Shown here piece by piece: positions 35,423 through 49,084 of a DNA stretch of 64,000 nt. Location of the stretch: the NCBI RefSeq assembly GCF_018977255.1, contig NW_024704742.1:80292001-80356000 (forward strand). Reading direction: 5' to 3'. The stretch is from Callorhinchus milii. Lineage: Eukaryota. The translations under genes and the position numbers were made by a program. A model generated the notes under the pieces. It made no database searches. It was not told where the DNA came from and saw only the letters and a list, made by a program, of their open reading frames with translations. Position 1 is the stretch's first letter, and every line of letters starts with the position of its first letter.

Positions 35423-35738
35423 GGAGTCCTGTAGCTCAGTGGTTAGAGCACTGGCTTTGCAAGCGAGAGACCTGAGTTCAATTCCAGGCAGGGCGAAACC
35501 TTGGGCAAGTTTCCTTACTCCACATGCCTAATAATAATCCCTCCAAAACCAAAAACAAAAATAAATTGGTCATTTTCAATCTACAACTGTTTGTGAGACA
35601 TTGCTGTGCGCAATTGGCTGCCGCGTTCGCCCACAAATATAATCAATTCACTTTACAGTGTGTTCTGTGAAGCCTTTTGGGATGTCCTCCCGATGTGAAA
35701 AGCGCTATATCAAATGCAAGGATTATTATTATTATTAT
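35423..35738 (+). mobile_element. tRNA(Ala)-headed SINE
   Basis: Full head, body and tail. Confidence 0.92.
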
Positions 35739-38501
35739 AGCCCTCTCTTGCTCCAGGCTCTGTGAGCTCATCTATCATCTGTCATATATCTGTCTGCTTC
35801 CCTCTTGAAACCCACAATTGTTTCTGCCTCTACCACCTTACTTGGGACTTTCCAGTCCCAACAACTCTGTGTGAACAAAAAATTCTCCTAACTTTTTTTG
35901 CTTGTCATATAACTATAAGGGAATCAATGACTCCCTGACCAGTGGAAATAGTTTCTTCTTGTTTACCCTGTCAAAATTCCTCATCATTTTGTAAACCTCT
36001 GTCAGGTCCACTTTCAACCTTCTCTGACCAATTGAAATCAGGCTCAAATTCTCCGATCTCTCCTCATCGCTAATGTTTTCTCATAAATTCTTATAAATCT
36101 GATGCCGTGAAGATTGTAAAATAAAGAAAAAGACTAAACTCTAAAACGTGAGCACATATTATGAAAGTGAATCAGGGCTCTAATACTCCAATACTCTTCA
36201 GGGGATCATAAATGTTGTCATTTATTTAAAAAAAGAGTTTGTTATTGCAAACTGCTGTGAATTTGTTTCACAAAATAATTCTAGGATGTTGACTGCTTGG
36301 CAGCAATGCTCATATGATTCTGAAAATGACCTTTCAAAAAGATGACAGAATAGGATATTCACATTTAAAATGAAATCTGTTGATCTTTTATACAATTTCA
36401 GGCTGATTTATCCTGTCTACAAAGTGCCAGTAGAGGTTTGCATCTGAATGCACTGATGAGAGAAGTGCTGTAATTTGGTCGAGTGCTCTATTATTTTATG
36501 ATCTTTATAAAACCCACATATACGTCTGCATTTCACGTGTGGCAACTTCACCTGCAAAATAATTAGGATACTTCACAGTGTATGAAGGTGACACTTCTGG
36601 TGCAATGACTTATGGAATTGCAAAGCAGTATTGAAGTGTCGATATCTTCTTCCACAATGTAATTTCTGGGTTTCAGTGAGACACCTAATGAAGATTGCTA
36701 AATGCTTAACCATTTTTTTACACAGGAGTCAGTTGAACCTTGGAAGGAAAAGCCAGCACCATTACTCTGTGCAATAAAAAAATACAGTCACTCCACTCCA
36801 TTTCACACAGTATATTGTGTGAAATGCTTTAGACATCCTTCTGACATGAAGGAAACTGAACCAAGTACAAGTGTTATTATTTTTTCCTCCAAAGTTCTCT
36901 TTCCTTAAGGTGCTAATTGCTGCTTGTGTCCCTTCCCTTGCTTCTTTACTGCCCTCTGCTAAACAATGGGCTGTTCTTTATCTGTTGTGCCAGGCAGTGA
37001 GATCGGCAGGCTATTCAGCCGTGGGGTTAATCGTTATTAAGGTGAATGAACCTTGTCGTGTAATAGCCACATAAGCAGACCATCCAGTAGTAGGGGCAGG
37101 AAAAGTCCTGCTTGATTTATATTTCCATCCCCCAAGCCAAGTGATGAAGCTGATTATAATGTCTCTAATGCCACCCTGTTTCTTTGAGATTAGATCAATA
37201 AACGCAGGAAGAGGATTGAAACATTCAGCTAATGACTGAATGATTTAATCAATCTCCTCCCCACTCCGCTCAGCTGACTTTGAGTGCCCATCCAGCAATG
37301 TGAAGTGCTTTGAGATGTCCTCCCGACATGAAAGACACTATGTAAATGCAAATTGTGTTGTATTGTACAGTTCCACTTTGAGCACTCTGTTTTCATTTGA
37401 CACTTTTACCCCATTCATTTAACTCTCTGCCACTTGAACTGCAACCCTCAGAATACAATACCAAATTATATTTGTATAGCGCCTTTCACATCGGGAGGAT
37501 GTCCCAAGGTGCTGGACAGTCAGGGATTGGGTCTCAAGCAGGGGTGTTGGGATTAGGGAGGGTGGAGGGCAGGGAGGGTAGGAGGGTGGCTAAAGGCACG
37601 GTCAAAGAGGAGAGTCTTGTGACATGCCTTGAAGGAGGCAAGGGAGGGAGCGAAGTGAAGGGAATTTGGATGGAGTTCCAGAGAGTAGGGCAGAGAACTG
37701 AAAGCCCGATCGCCAATGGTGGGCCAGACTGGGTGGGGGACATCAATGTTACAATAGTTAGTAAATACAAAGTGATTCTCGGTGCGGCAGGACTTTTATT
37801 CATTAGATTCTTTACTCCGAGAGAACCATTCACAAACAAAAGGAGCTTGTTAATTATATTTTAGACATATGCACTGATCTGAAAATTAAGTATCATTTTT
37901 ATTAATTTTTTTTCCAAACCAGTGAAAGAGGGAAGCATAATGGAAACAAGTCATTTTTAAAAAAATGGATTGAAATTATTTTGCATCTATGTCACGTAGG
38001 AAGTACCAAGTATGGGAATGCATTTATTTTAGAGAGGAAGAATAGGCCATGCATAGATTTTTTAAATTCAGAGCTTTCATCCATTATAGTACTGTTTTTT
38101 CAGTTTGTCACTTACAGTTGCTCATCAATAACAACGTTTTTTATTGTTGGGATTGTCAACATGAAAAATTATACATTTGACCTTGTTTGTCATCCTGGCT
38201 CAGCTGGAAGCACTTTCGTCTCTGAATCAAAAGATTGTGGTTTCAAGACTTGGAACTGATATAAGCTAAGCTGATGCTCCAATGTAGTACTGCCACACAA
38301 TCTTCATAATCGTAAGCTGAATGGTTTTAGCTGGTTAAACTCTAACAGTACCTCAGCAAACATCCTGGGAATCCCAAGCCTTGAATCTGGCCAACATGCC
38401 CCTAATACTCTATGGAATTAGATAATCAGGATGCATCCCTCTAGGGAGCATGCATGTTCCATGCCACATACAGGGAAGTTTCTATTTGTAGGTGGCATAT
38501 T

Positions 38502-38589
38502 CAGGGTGACCAAAAAGTCGTGATAACTATTCTAATATCTAAACAAAAATTAGACATTGTAATGGTATCGTGACTTTATGGTCACCCTG
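38502..38589. mobile_element. 88-bp Tc1/mariner-type MITE nested in a fragment (~38310-38630) of the long-tail LINE
   Basis: ~24-bp TIRs CAGGGTGACCAAAAAGTCGTGATA / CAGGGTGACCATAAAGTCACGATA; TA on the right flank, TT (mutated?) on the left. Confidence 0.8.
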
Positions 38590-39964
38590 TATATAGGGAT
38601 GGTGCTGGGTTTCTGCACGTGTCAGACCCACAGTAAGCTAAGATTTTTTTAAAGTTATGGTCAAGTTTCAATAGTTATTTGTGGCAAAGTATTTTTCTAA
38701 TAACCCTATTGAACTACCCATTAATTCCTCCAGTGACAATCCTGATTTTATCCCTCAAATTGTGATCAAAAAGGTTGACCATGATGTCCATCAAGCCAAA
38801 TTTCACATTATATATAAACGTAATTATCACCTGGTACACACCGGTCCAAGATTGACATACAAGTTTTAGTAGATCAGTTTTAGTAGCACTCATGGTGCTT
38901 TAAGTCAGAACACTGAGGGTTCAAGTCCCATATTGGGACTTTTAGCTCCCGCAGTCTAGGATGGCACTCTAATCCATTGCTGGGGGAACACTGCATTGTA
39001 CCATCCTTCAATGAGAAGTTTAACCATCTGCTTATTCAGGTGGACGCTAAAGATCGCATTGCACTATTCGAAAAGAGAAGTGAGTTTTAAACAAACAGAT
39101 GGGACCTTGGTTCTACATCTCATCCAAAGGATGGCATCTTTAACAATTGTGACACTATCAGCACTGCAGTGGGAGTGTCAGCCAAGACAATGAGTTTAAA
39201 GTCTTCATGTGGGGCTTGAACTCACAACTTTCTGACTCAGAGGCAAGAGTGCTTTTAACTAAGTCAAGCTGAAACCTTCAGTAATAGTGTGTCTGTAATT
39301 GTATTTGATTGTTGGTGCAAATAACAGCATGACAGCGTCATGTCGATAACTGAACTAGTCGATTGGATTATAATGCAGAAATGAAGCAATTTTTCCCTTT
39401 AGTCAGAATGATAATCATGTCCAACAAGTCAGCAGTTACTGTGAATCTTTATATTTTGAAACTGCTTATGAGATGGACATTGCCAATGTTTCCATAAGAT
39501 AGCAGTTCATTTCTACTGTCATGTGTTAGAGGCTTCTGGATAAACCTGCCAAGAGAATCTAGCTTTTTTTTTGTATAAAGAGATAGCTGCATACTGGTGC
39601 CTAGAGAATGCAAGTCCATTTGATTATTTCGGAAGTTTTTGTGGCAGACTACGTACTGTGAGTTGAATTACAATATATGTGGCGAATTGTTGTCTTGATT
39701 GTAAATATTTGCAGGGTTAGGTCTGTCATCTCAAGGGTTGTTTGTGTCATGCTAGTCTAAATTCATAGTGAAGAACTTTTGTTGGGAGGAAGTTTGACTA
39801 TGCTATCCAGATTATCAAGGGCTGAAGCTGTCTGTTTGTCATATTTGAGGTTTAAATTTAGATTCAATCCAACCAGAGATTTATTCATGAGTGTGCAATC
39901 CATTCTAAGCTTGATGGCTAAATAGCCTCCTTCAGTGCTGTGGAAGTAAAAAATACAGTATGTA

Positions 39965-40355
39965 ATCATAATAATAATAATTCTTATCGTGCCTTATTAC
40001 ATTGTTGAGATGCCTCGTACAGCTTCACAAGATTTTACAGTAAAGCGTAGAGATTGAATACTTCACGAATGCAGCAGCCACTGTGAGCACAGTAATGTCC
40101 CACAAACAGCCATGACATGAGTGACCAATTTTATTTGGCGGACTGTTGGCCAGGACATCGGGAGGAACCTCTTTCTCTTTTCAAATCATGCCATGGGTTC
40201 TTTAAGGCAGGTAGTTTAACATCTCATCAGAAAGATGGCACCAGGCACATTGCAACACACTTCAGCTTGCTGTCAGCCTAGACTGTGGGTTAAAGGCCTG
40301 ATGTGGGGCTGGAACCCACAACCTTCTGACTCAGAGGCGAGAGTGTTACCAAACC
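39965..40355 (-). mobile_element. DeuSINE copy (partially duplicated at 41818-42106)
   Basis: Head remnant ctctgagtcagaaggttgtgggttcc, Deu domain, L2-type tail on the minus strand. Confidence 0.8.
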
Positions 40356-41428
40356 ACCCATCTGAAGTATTCAATAGCTATGCTGAAAGTGAAATAGTCA
40401 GAAAATGGGTGGAATCGTGATACCATTAAATATTTTTAGCAGAGAAGGATGTGATTTGCTCCCATTGTGCCTGGCTGGTGTTAGCTTTTGGTTTGGATCA
40501 ATCTTCACTTTTCCCATTCTGCAACTCTTTCCCTGTAGGCTTTAATGTTATTTTCCTTTGAATGCCTAACCAATTCCCTTTTTATTTTGCTATTTTGGAT
40601 AGTTTCAGCAGCCATTCAATATTCTAACAAATAATAACTCTTATGTGTAAAAACTGATTCATCTTCTAAACTTCCCCATGATCAAAAGAACCTAAACTGG
40701 AAATTATTAAATAGATTGAGGATGTGATTCACAAATATTATTGTGATTATATTGTCCACAGAATGTAGATGTGGATTTATTTGAGAATTGAAAATATTTA
40801 AGCCTTACAACCAACAACTCTGAATCTAGTTGGTTTAAACCACTGATCATCAAAGGCTTTGTTGTGCTAACACTTCACTCGTAGCGAATGCGTAATTGTA
40901 ACTTGGCGTTACCAGAGATATTGTGCTGTGATAAAGGTCGATGTTGAAATGATTCAGTCCATTCGTTGTCTGGATATCAAAAGCAAATGAGGAGCTGCAA
41001 ATGAAGGAACTGAATAGCTCTTTGTGTTTGGACACTTTCCACCAATGATTTCTGGGGAAGAAACCAGCCCAAATTCAAGAGATGATAATCTCCCTTTATT
41101 GAAATCCATTAGACATCCGAAATCATATGGAGTTGAATGTTCCACATCCATTTCCCACTGAACAGAAGGGATCAAAATTGGACTTACAATTGACAATAAA
41201 ATGAGTTTGGTAAGGCAATTCTGAGTTTCAGGTTCCACCATTTAGCTTTGCAATCTAACTTTGTTCAGCAAAACTCATTTGATGTCAGTTGAGGAGTAGA
41301 TTACCTCGACCCCATGACCAGAAAAATACATTGGAGCAAATGCAGTAGAAAAACTATAATTCCCTGCCCTCTGTGCTCTTTTAAGCAACACGTAAAATTG
41401 GGTGCTTCACAAGTAGCCATTAATTTGT

Positions 41429-41645
41429 GGAGTCCTGTCGTGTATAGTGGTTAGAGCACTCATCTCGCAAGTGAGAGCACAAGGGTTTGATTCCCAGCAG
41501 GGCAAAACGTTGGGCAGGGTGCCTTACTCTGCACGTCTCTGTTCACCTAGGAGTAAAGAGGAACCCAGTTGTTAGTCTATTGGTCGATTGCTTTTCTGGG
41601 GTAATATTCCGGGTAATAAATCCCTTCAGTAAAAAGAAATAATAA
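41429..41645 (+). mobile_element. Long-body variant of the tRNA-headed SINE, 3' part missing
   Basis: Head plus extra body ctctgttcacctag.agtaa..aggaacccagttgttag, also seen at ~20830, ~44460 and ~59760. Confidence 0.75.
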
Positions 41646-42954
41646 TTTGACCATGGGGAAGATTGGAAGATTTTTCCGTTTTTACACTTAAGAGTTATTA
41701 TTGGTTAGAATATTGAATGGCTGCTGAAACAATCCATAATAGCAAAATAAAAAGGGAATTGGGTAGGTACTCAAAGTAAAATACTATTAAAAGTTACAGG
41801 GAAAGAGTTGCAGAATGACAATAATTCTTATAGTGCCTTATCACATTGTTGAGATGTTTCGTATAGCTTCACAAGATTTTAAAGTAAAGTGTAGAGATTG
41901 GGTATTTCTTCATGAATCTAGCAGCCACTATGAGCACAGTAATGTCTCACAAATAACCATGACGTGAGTGACCAATTTTATTTAGCGGACTGTTGGCCAG
42001 GACATCGGGAGGAACCCCTTTCTCTTTTCAAATCGTGCCATGGGATCTTTAACGTTTAACTGAACAGGCAGGCAGTTTAATTTCTCATCAGAAAGCTGGC
42101 ACCAGGAGGCCTCATTTAAAATAAAAGCTTGATGCTGTGATGGGAGGACAATTGGATGCCTATTCTGTAACAATGAAGATTTTTTTTCTTCCATTTTTAC
42201 TGAAATGCAAACCATAAGATTGAGTAAATTTTTCACCACTACGACTGCAATATAGTGAAAAAAATGCAATGATCATAACAGATAACATTGATCTTGTTGA
42301 CCTTGTACATTTTGGGCATTTTATATTGTGTTCCTTAGGTGGTAATGGACTGTCCGACCATCATTCTGCAATTGCTCATGGATGCCAGAATGATATAAAT
42401 TGGATCAAGCAGCTTGGACTAATTTCAAGCAAACCGCTGCATTAAATTAGATTTGGCTGTAAATCAACAGCCAAATGTTCATTCCTATTGTCTGCATAAA
42501 TTAAATTTGCTCAGTTAAGACTGATTTGAATCAAGGCACAAACTGCAGAACTTGCAAATCTGATCATAACAGTTAGAACAACCAATCAAAAGTGACATCT
42601 AAAGCACATCAAGAGATTTCTAATAACTGCTGTACAGTTATTGTTCTGAAGGCCTGTTGGCTGGGTGAGCGCTTACATCTAGCAGCAATTAATTAAGATT
42701 GTAACTGTAATAAAAACAAATGACTCAAAAATATATCAGGCAATATGACAGAAAAGTGGGGATCTGCTAGAAATGATGAGCGGTTTAGATAGCCAGAATT
42801 AATTTTGTAAATTTGCTAATCCAAAAAGATGGACATCTGAACACAATAACTTGGCAGAAGTATTCGGAAAAGGCTGGGAAAATGAGACTGAACTGTTTGC
42901 TCTTTCAGAATCAGCAGAGCCAGGATCAGGGAGAACAGGAAATACAGCGGGATC

Positions 42955-44190
42955 AACAACAACAAATTACATTTCTATTGTTCCTTTCATGTCAGGAGGA
43001 CATCCCAAAGCACTGGGCGTCAGGGATCTGCACCCAAGCTGGCGGTCGGGATCGGGAGTTGTTGAGGGTGGGGAGGGTAGAGGTAGGAGGTGACTGAAGG
43101 CATGGTTGAAGAGGAAGGTCTTGAGATGGGTCTTGAAGGAGGCAAGAAAGGGGACAAGGTGGAGGACTGTGCGATGGCAATCCAGAGCGTGTGGTCAGAG
43201 AGGTTAAAGGCCTGCCCACCAGAGTTGAAAACTGCTGAGTCGAGGAAGTGGACAGGTTGGTAGGGGTTTAGGAGGTCATAAAGGTAGGGAGGAGCGAGGC
43301 CATGGAGGGTGTTGAAGGTGAGGACCAGAATACCTGAACTGTATCCTCTGAGTGATGGGAAGTCAGTGGAGTCTGGCGAGGATGGGAGTGATATGGTCCT
43401 GGAGATTGGTGCAGAAGAGGACATCGACTGCAGAGATCTGGATGATCTGTGGAGGGAGAATTTGGGGAGGTCGATAAGCAGGGAGTTTGTATAGTTGAGC
43501 CTGGATGTGATGAATGCGTAGATGATGGTCTTAGCAGCCTGAGGTGAGAGACAGTGACAGAGCGGGAAATGCTGAGGAGATGGGAAAAGGAGGAGCGAGT
43601 CATGGCATGGATGTGGGGGATGAAGGATAGTTGAGGGTCAAACAGGACCCTGAATTCCGTATTGGGTCCGTGAGATGTGAGATGTTGAGTGCATCCATGG
43701 AGAGAGATGCTGTCAGCGCCCGAGGAATGGAGGTGCTATCGGGAGCCAAGCAGAAGAGCCTCAGTCTTGTTGATGTTCAACTAGAGGAAGTTTGCTCTCA
43801 TCCAGTACTTGATGTCCGACAGGCAGTCTGTGAGAACAGCATTGGTGCTGGAGTTTGAGGGCGGAGGCAGAGAGGTATCATCCGCTTACATATGAAAGTT
43901 GACCCCTTGTCTACGGATGATGTCACCAAGAGGGAGCATGTAAATTTTGAAAAGGAGGAAACTAAGGACAGAGCCCTGAGGGTCGCCACAGGTGACAGTG
44001 TGGGGGTTGGAGGAGAAGCCATTTGTGGAGACAAAGTGGAGACAGTGTGAGAGATAGGATTTGAACTAGGCAAGGCTGGTGAGAATGTTGAAATGAGAGG
44101 AGGTGCGGTGGAGGAGGATAGAATGATCGACAGTGTCGAGGCAGCAGATACGTCAAGGAGGACAAGGAGGCAGAGAGAGGTAGATGACTG
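42955..44190 (-). mobile_element. Decayed L2 LINE
   Basis: [28 protein letters not shown]; tail. Confidence 0.85.
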
Positions 44191-45470
44191 AAAGCAGCGA
44201 TGTAACATTTCTTCAATAATAATAATAAATAATAATCCTTGCATTTGATATAGAGGCTTGTATGGCAGGAGGGTATCTCAAGCCCCATTATGACTTTGAA
44301 CTCATTTAGTCTAGGCTGATAGTCCATAGCAGTAAAGTATGCTGCACTGTCTTTTAAATGACATTATAGGATCAGATAAATACATACAATCATAGGACAA
44401 TATAAATATGGAAAGTGAAACTTGGCAGGGCGACACGTTGGCAAATTTCCTTATTCCACACGTCTCTGTTTACCTGGCAGTTAGTAGAAATTCAGTTGTT
44501 AGTTGATTGGTGGATCACTGTTCGGGAGTTAAGAATTCCTTCCAAAAAATTTAAATAATAAAAATTGTTCTCTCAATCCACGACTGCTGTGCGCAATTGG
44601 CTGCTATGTTTTGCCACAAAATATACAGGCAATTCACTTTACAGTATATTCTGTGAAGTGCTTTGAGACGTCGCAATGACATGGTAAGGCACTATATCAA
44701 ATGCAAGGATTATTATTATTATTACAAAGGAGAAAGCTGCGTGGGTATGAGTAAACGGTAGGAAAATGGGACTAAAAAGACACATTGGGCTTTCTTTTGT
44801 TCTGTGAATTTCTATGGTTCTCTCATTATTATTCATTCAGGAAGATTTATTGAATCACAATCCCCATATACTGAATGTAAAATAAACACAAGGAAGCTGT
44901 ATAACCTAACATAATAATAATCCTTGCATTTATGTAGTGCTTATAACATCAAGGTCTCAAAGCACTTCTCGGGTGCTGTAAAGTGAAGCGATTGTGCATT
45001 TGTAGGAGTAAGCATCAACTAATTTGCGCCCAGCAATGTCTCACAAACATATTATTTTTATTCACAATTGTACATTGCTGTAGCTCTGTAAAAGCATATT
45101 TTGCACTGCCAAAGTAAAATCCATAACAAGGTGCAAAGCACTTTTTATTCTGGGCACTGTTTGTGTGAATGCTCAGGTTGGAATAAATACTTGTAGGTTA
45201 ATGTACAATAAGGCCCATTAGGTTTCAAATTACTGTTGGAAATAGAGCTTTTGGGAACTGTAATAACCTCACCTAATGAACATGAAATATATATAATTCA
45301 CTTGCCACCTATGCAGATTTTAACTTTGCAATGACTCCAAAGGAAACTAATGTAATTTGATTATTGGATGTGCCATGTTCTGTACATGAAAGCAGCTGAT
45401 TACTGAGTTCTTTGGGAGCCATTTCAACTCGGTTTATCTGACCTGCTTGCTACTCCACTAACATCTCTTG

Positions 45471-45765
45471 GGAGTCCTGTAGCTTAGTGGTTAGAGCACT
45501 TTCCTCGCAGCAAGAGACCTGGGTTCAATTCCCAACAACCTTGGGTAATTTCCTTACTCCACACACCTGATAATAATCCCTCAAGAAAAAAAATGTTAAA
45601 TTGGTCACTTCAATCCATGACTGTTTGTGGGACACTGCTGTGTGCAACTGGCTGCTGTGTTTCACCCACAAACATACAGCCAATTCACTTCACAGCATAT
45701 TCTGTGAAGCGCTTTGACATGGCTAGAAGACGTGAAGAGCGTTATATCAAATGCAAGGATTATTT
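45471..45765 (+). mobile_element. tRNA-headed SINE immediately 5' of the young L2
   Basis: Family head, body and tail. Confidence 0.88.
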
Positions 45766-45782
45766 ATCTTTGACAATTCAAG

Positions 45783-47716
45783 CCACCCCGCGCAGGTCAT
45801 CTCCTCCAACCTTCACTGCGAGGAGATGCTGGATTTCCTTGAATCCAAGATCAAGGGAATCCGCTCCGCGGTCACTTCCCCTCCAACTTCCACCCACCAC
45901 CCACCCCTTCCCTCCCACACTCCGACTCCTACCCATCCTCCCCTACACACCTTCGTACCCGTTTCCCCACCCTCTGTCACTGAACTCATCCTATCCCTAA
46001 AACCAACCACCTGCTCCCTTGACCCCATCCCCACTCCACTCCTTATCTCCCAGCTCCACTTTCTTGCCCCACATATCACTGACATCATAAACCTGTCCCT
46101 CTCCTCTGGCTCTGTCCCCATTCCATTAAAAACTGCCATCATCACGCCCACCCTGAAAAAACCCTCCCTTGATGCGTCGCAGCTATCAAGCTACCGGCCC
46201 ATCTCCAACCTCCCCTTTCTCTCCAAGGTCTTGGAAAGAGTTGTCGCCTCCCAACTGCGCTCTTTCCTTTCCACCCATTCTCTTTTTGAACCCCTTCAGT
46301 CAGGTTTCCGTGCTGCCCATAGCACAGAAACTGCCCTGGTCAAGGTCACCAATGATATCCTGACCATCTGTGACCAGGGCTCCCTCTGTCTCCTCGTCCT
46401 CCTCGACCTATCGGCAGCATTCGATACGGTCGACCACGCTATCCTACTCCACCGCTTGTCCTCCCACCTCAACCTTCAAGGCACTGTCCTTGAATGGTTT
46501 AGGTCGTACCTTTCTCACCGTCTTCACTTTGTCTCAACGAATGGCTTCTCCTCCACCCCCCGTACTGTCTCATGTGGTGTCCCTCAGGGCTCTGTCCTCG
46601 GTCCCCTCCTCTTCACCCTCTATATGCTCCCCCTCGGTGACATCATCCGCAGACATGGAGTTAACTTCCACATGTATGCGGATGACACCCAACTCTACCT
46701 TTCCTCCTCTACTCTCAACTCCACGACCACCGATGTCCTGACAGCCTGCCTGTCCGACATCGAGTCCTGGACGAGAGACAACTTTCTTCAGCTCAACGTG
46801 CGAAAAACCGAGGCCCTCCTGATTGGCTCACGTCAGCGCCTCCGCACCTCAGGCGCTGACACCATCAGCATCCAAGGCTGCACTCTCCACCTCTCAAAGC
46901 CAGTCAGGAACCTCGGCGTTTTGTTCGACCCTGAGCTGTCCTTTCTCCCTCACATCCGCACCACAACTGGCACCGCCTTCCATCACCTCCGGAACATCGC
47001 CAGACTACGGCATTACCTCACCCCTCACGCTGCTGAAACCCTGGTTCACGCCTTTGTCACCTCAAGGCTGGACTATGGGAACTCTCTCCTCGCCGGCCTT
47101 CCCGCCACCTCCCTCCACAAGCTGCAGGTCATTCAGAACTCTGCAGCTCGTGTACTGTCCCGCACCAGGCTTCGGGACCACATCACTCCCACCCTCGCTC
47201 GCCTCCACTGGCTCCCCATCCCCCAGAGGATTGATTTCAAGATCCTCATCCTCACCTACAAGGCCATTCACGGCCTTGCTCCCTCCTACCTCTCCAACCT
47301 ACTATCCCCTACCTACCTGCCCGTACCCTCCGTTCCTCTGGCTCCGGTCTGCTCCACGTCCCCCGCCCCAACCGCCCTACCATCGGTGGTCGGGCCTTCA
47401 GCCTCTCAGCCCCCAGGCTCTGGAACTCCATCCCCCAGTGCCTTCGCCTTGCTTCCTCCCTTTCCTCCTTCAAGGCCGGTCTCAAAACCTTTCTCTTTGA
47501 CCGTGCCTTCAGCTCCCCTCTCGACTCTCTTCCCCTCCTCGCTCCCTCCCTTCCCTCCCCTCACCCTGACCATTTCCCCCCTCCTTGCTCCCTCCCTTCC
47601 CTCCCCTCACCCTGACCATTTCCCCCCTGCTCGGGTCATGACCCAACTGTGCAGCGCCTTGGGACGTCCTCCTGACGTGAAAGGCGCTTTATAAATGGAA
47701 TCTTGTTGTTGTTGTT
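45783..47716 (+). mobile_element. Young 5'-truncated L2 LINE with an open RT domain
   Basis: ORF with [61 protein letters not shown]; single frameshift near 47305; L2 tail and (ttg)n. Confidence 0.97.
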
Positions 47717-49084
47717 TAGATGAACGTTAAAGATCCAGGCAATGTTTGAAAAGAGAACACAGTTTCTTCTGGTGTCCTGGCCAACAATCCCCCAGATAAA
47801 ATCGATCATTTACATTACTTCATGACTATTTGTGGCACAACTTGTGTGCAAATTGGCTGATGCTTTTGCCCACAAGATACTCTGCATTAACACTTAGTAG
47901 TGTAAGTACTTTGAGATGTCCCCTCCATGTGAAAGCTGCTAAATTAATACTTTTAATTTATTAATACTATTAATTTATTAATAATGCAAGTATTAATACT
48001 ATTGTTACTGTTATCATAAGTTTTCAATGATCAGAAGAGTTTCCCAGTTGAGTGTCAGTATCTGAGTCCACTGGTGTTAGACAGATATATCAATAACCCT
48101 GGCACTGTAGGAAGACGTTCTCATGGATCATTCAACTACATTTTCTATTTGAGCTGGGAGGGAGATGGTCTTTAAATTCTGGTTCAAAAAGCCTTAATTC
48201 TAATTGATCCAATATAGTGTAAATTCTTCCAAGCAATCAATTAATGGCTGAATATTCTTGTTCATGAAGTATGATTCCCACTTTGTCATTTTACCATTAA
48301 TAAAAGGGCATACGAAAAAATGTAACCAGAGAAACATCACAGCTGAACAAATAATACCCTAAAACTGACTTTGCTCCGACTTTCTCCTGGGAATGAATCT
48401 ATTTCATGATTGTTCATTGGACATAGCTGCGTGCAAACTGCTGCCTCATTTTTCTAAAAAACATATAAGCCTTTAAGTGGGTACTTTGAAGTGCTTTGAG
48501 ACATCCCTCGACATGAAAGGTGCTATAAATAAATGCAAGGATCATTAATGTTGCATAGATAACACTAAAGGCAATCAGGGTTAAAACCTGCAACATACTG
48601 ATCTATCTGCACAGCTCTGGTATATAACTATGCCCCAATCCCTCCTTAAACATGATTTCCCTGCCCCCACAGCCTCAGCAGCACAGTTAATTAAAATAGG
48701 TGTCATACAGCTATTACCTGCTTTCCAAACAGGCCCACTCATTTTAATTAGTGTATCTGCCTGAATACACGTTGAGCCATCTGCTTATACACATCTTGCC
48801 CAGATCTGCCAAATGAATGTCACTAATTGCGATCATATTCAGATGTTGCTCTTCAACTTTTTTAATCAGTTGGCAACTATTGTGCGTTTTGCACATCTTT
48901 GTATATTTCAGCACTCCGAGATGCTACCTTGCGTGAAGAACGCAATATAAATGCAAATTGTTGTTGGTTATTCTGTCCTCCTCTTCCTGTCGAGAAAAGG
49001 CAGCGATTGTTGCTGATGACTTTTTAGATTTCACCTTTTTATCTTTCGGTGTCTTTGTGTTACCGTTAACATCTTCACTCCTGC

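Noticed and set aside
40850..41340. Possible coding exons (61- and 95-aa minus ORFs)
   Set aside because: No recognisable domain and no convincing splice-site pair.
45751..47694. 647-aa ORF as a functional host or domesticated RT gene
   Set aside because: The ATG comes from the adjacent SINE tail, the endonuclease domain is missing and the C-terminus is frameshifted. It is a 5'-truncated L2 copy.
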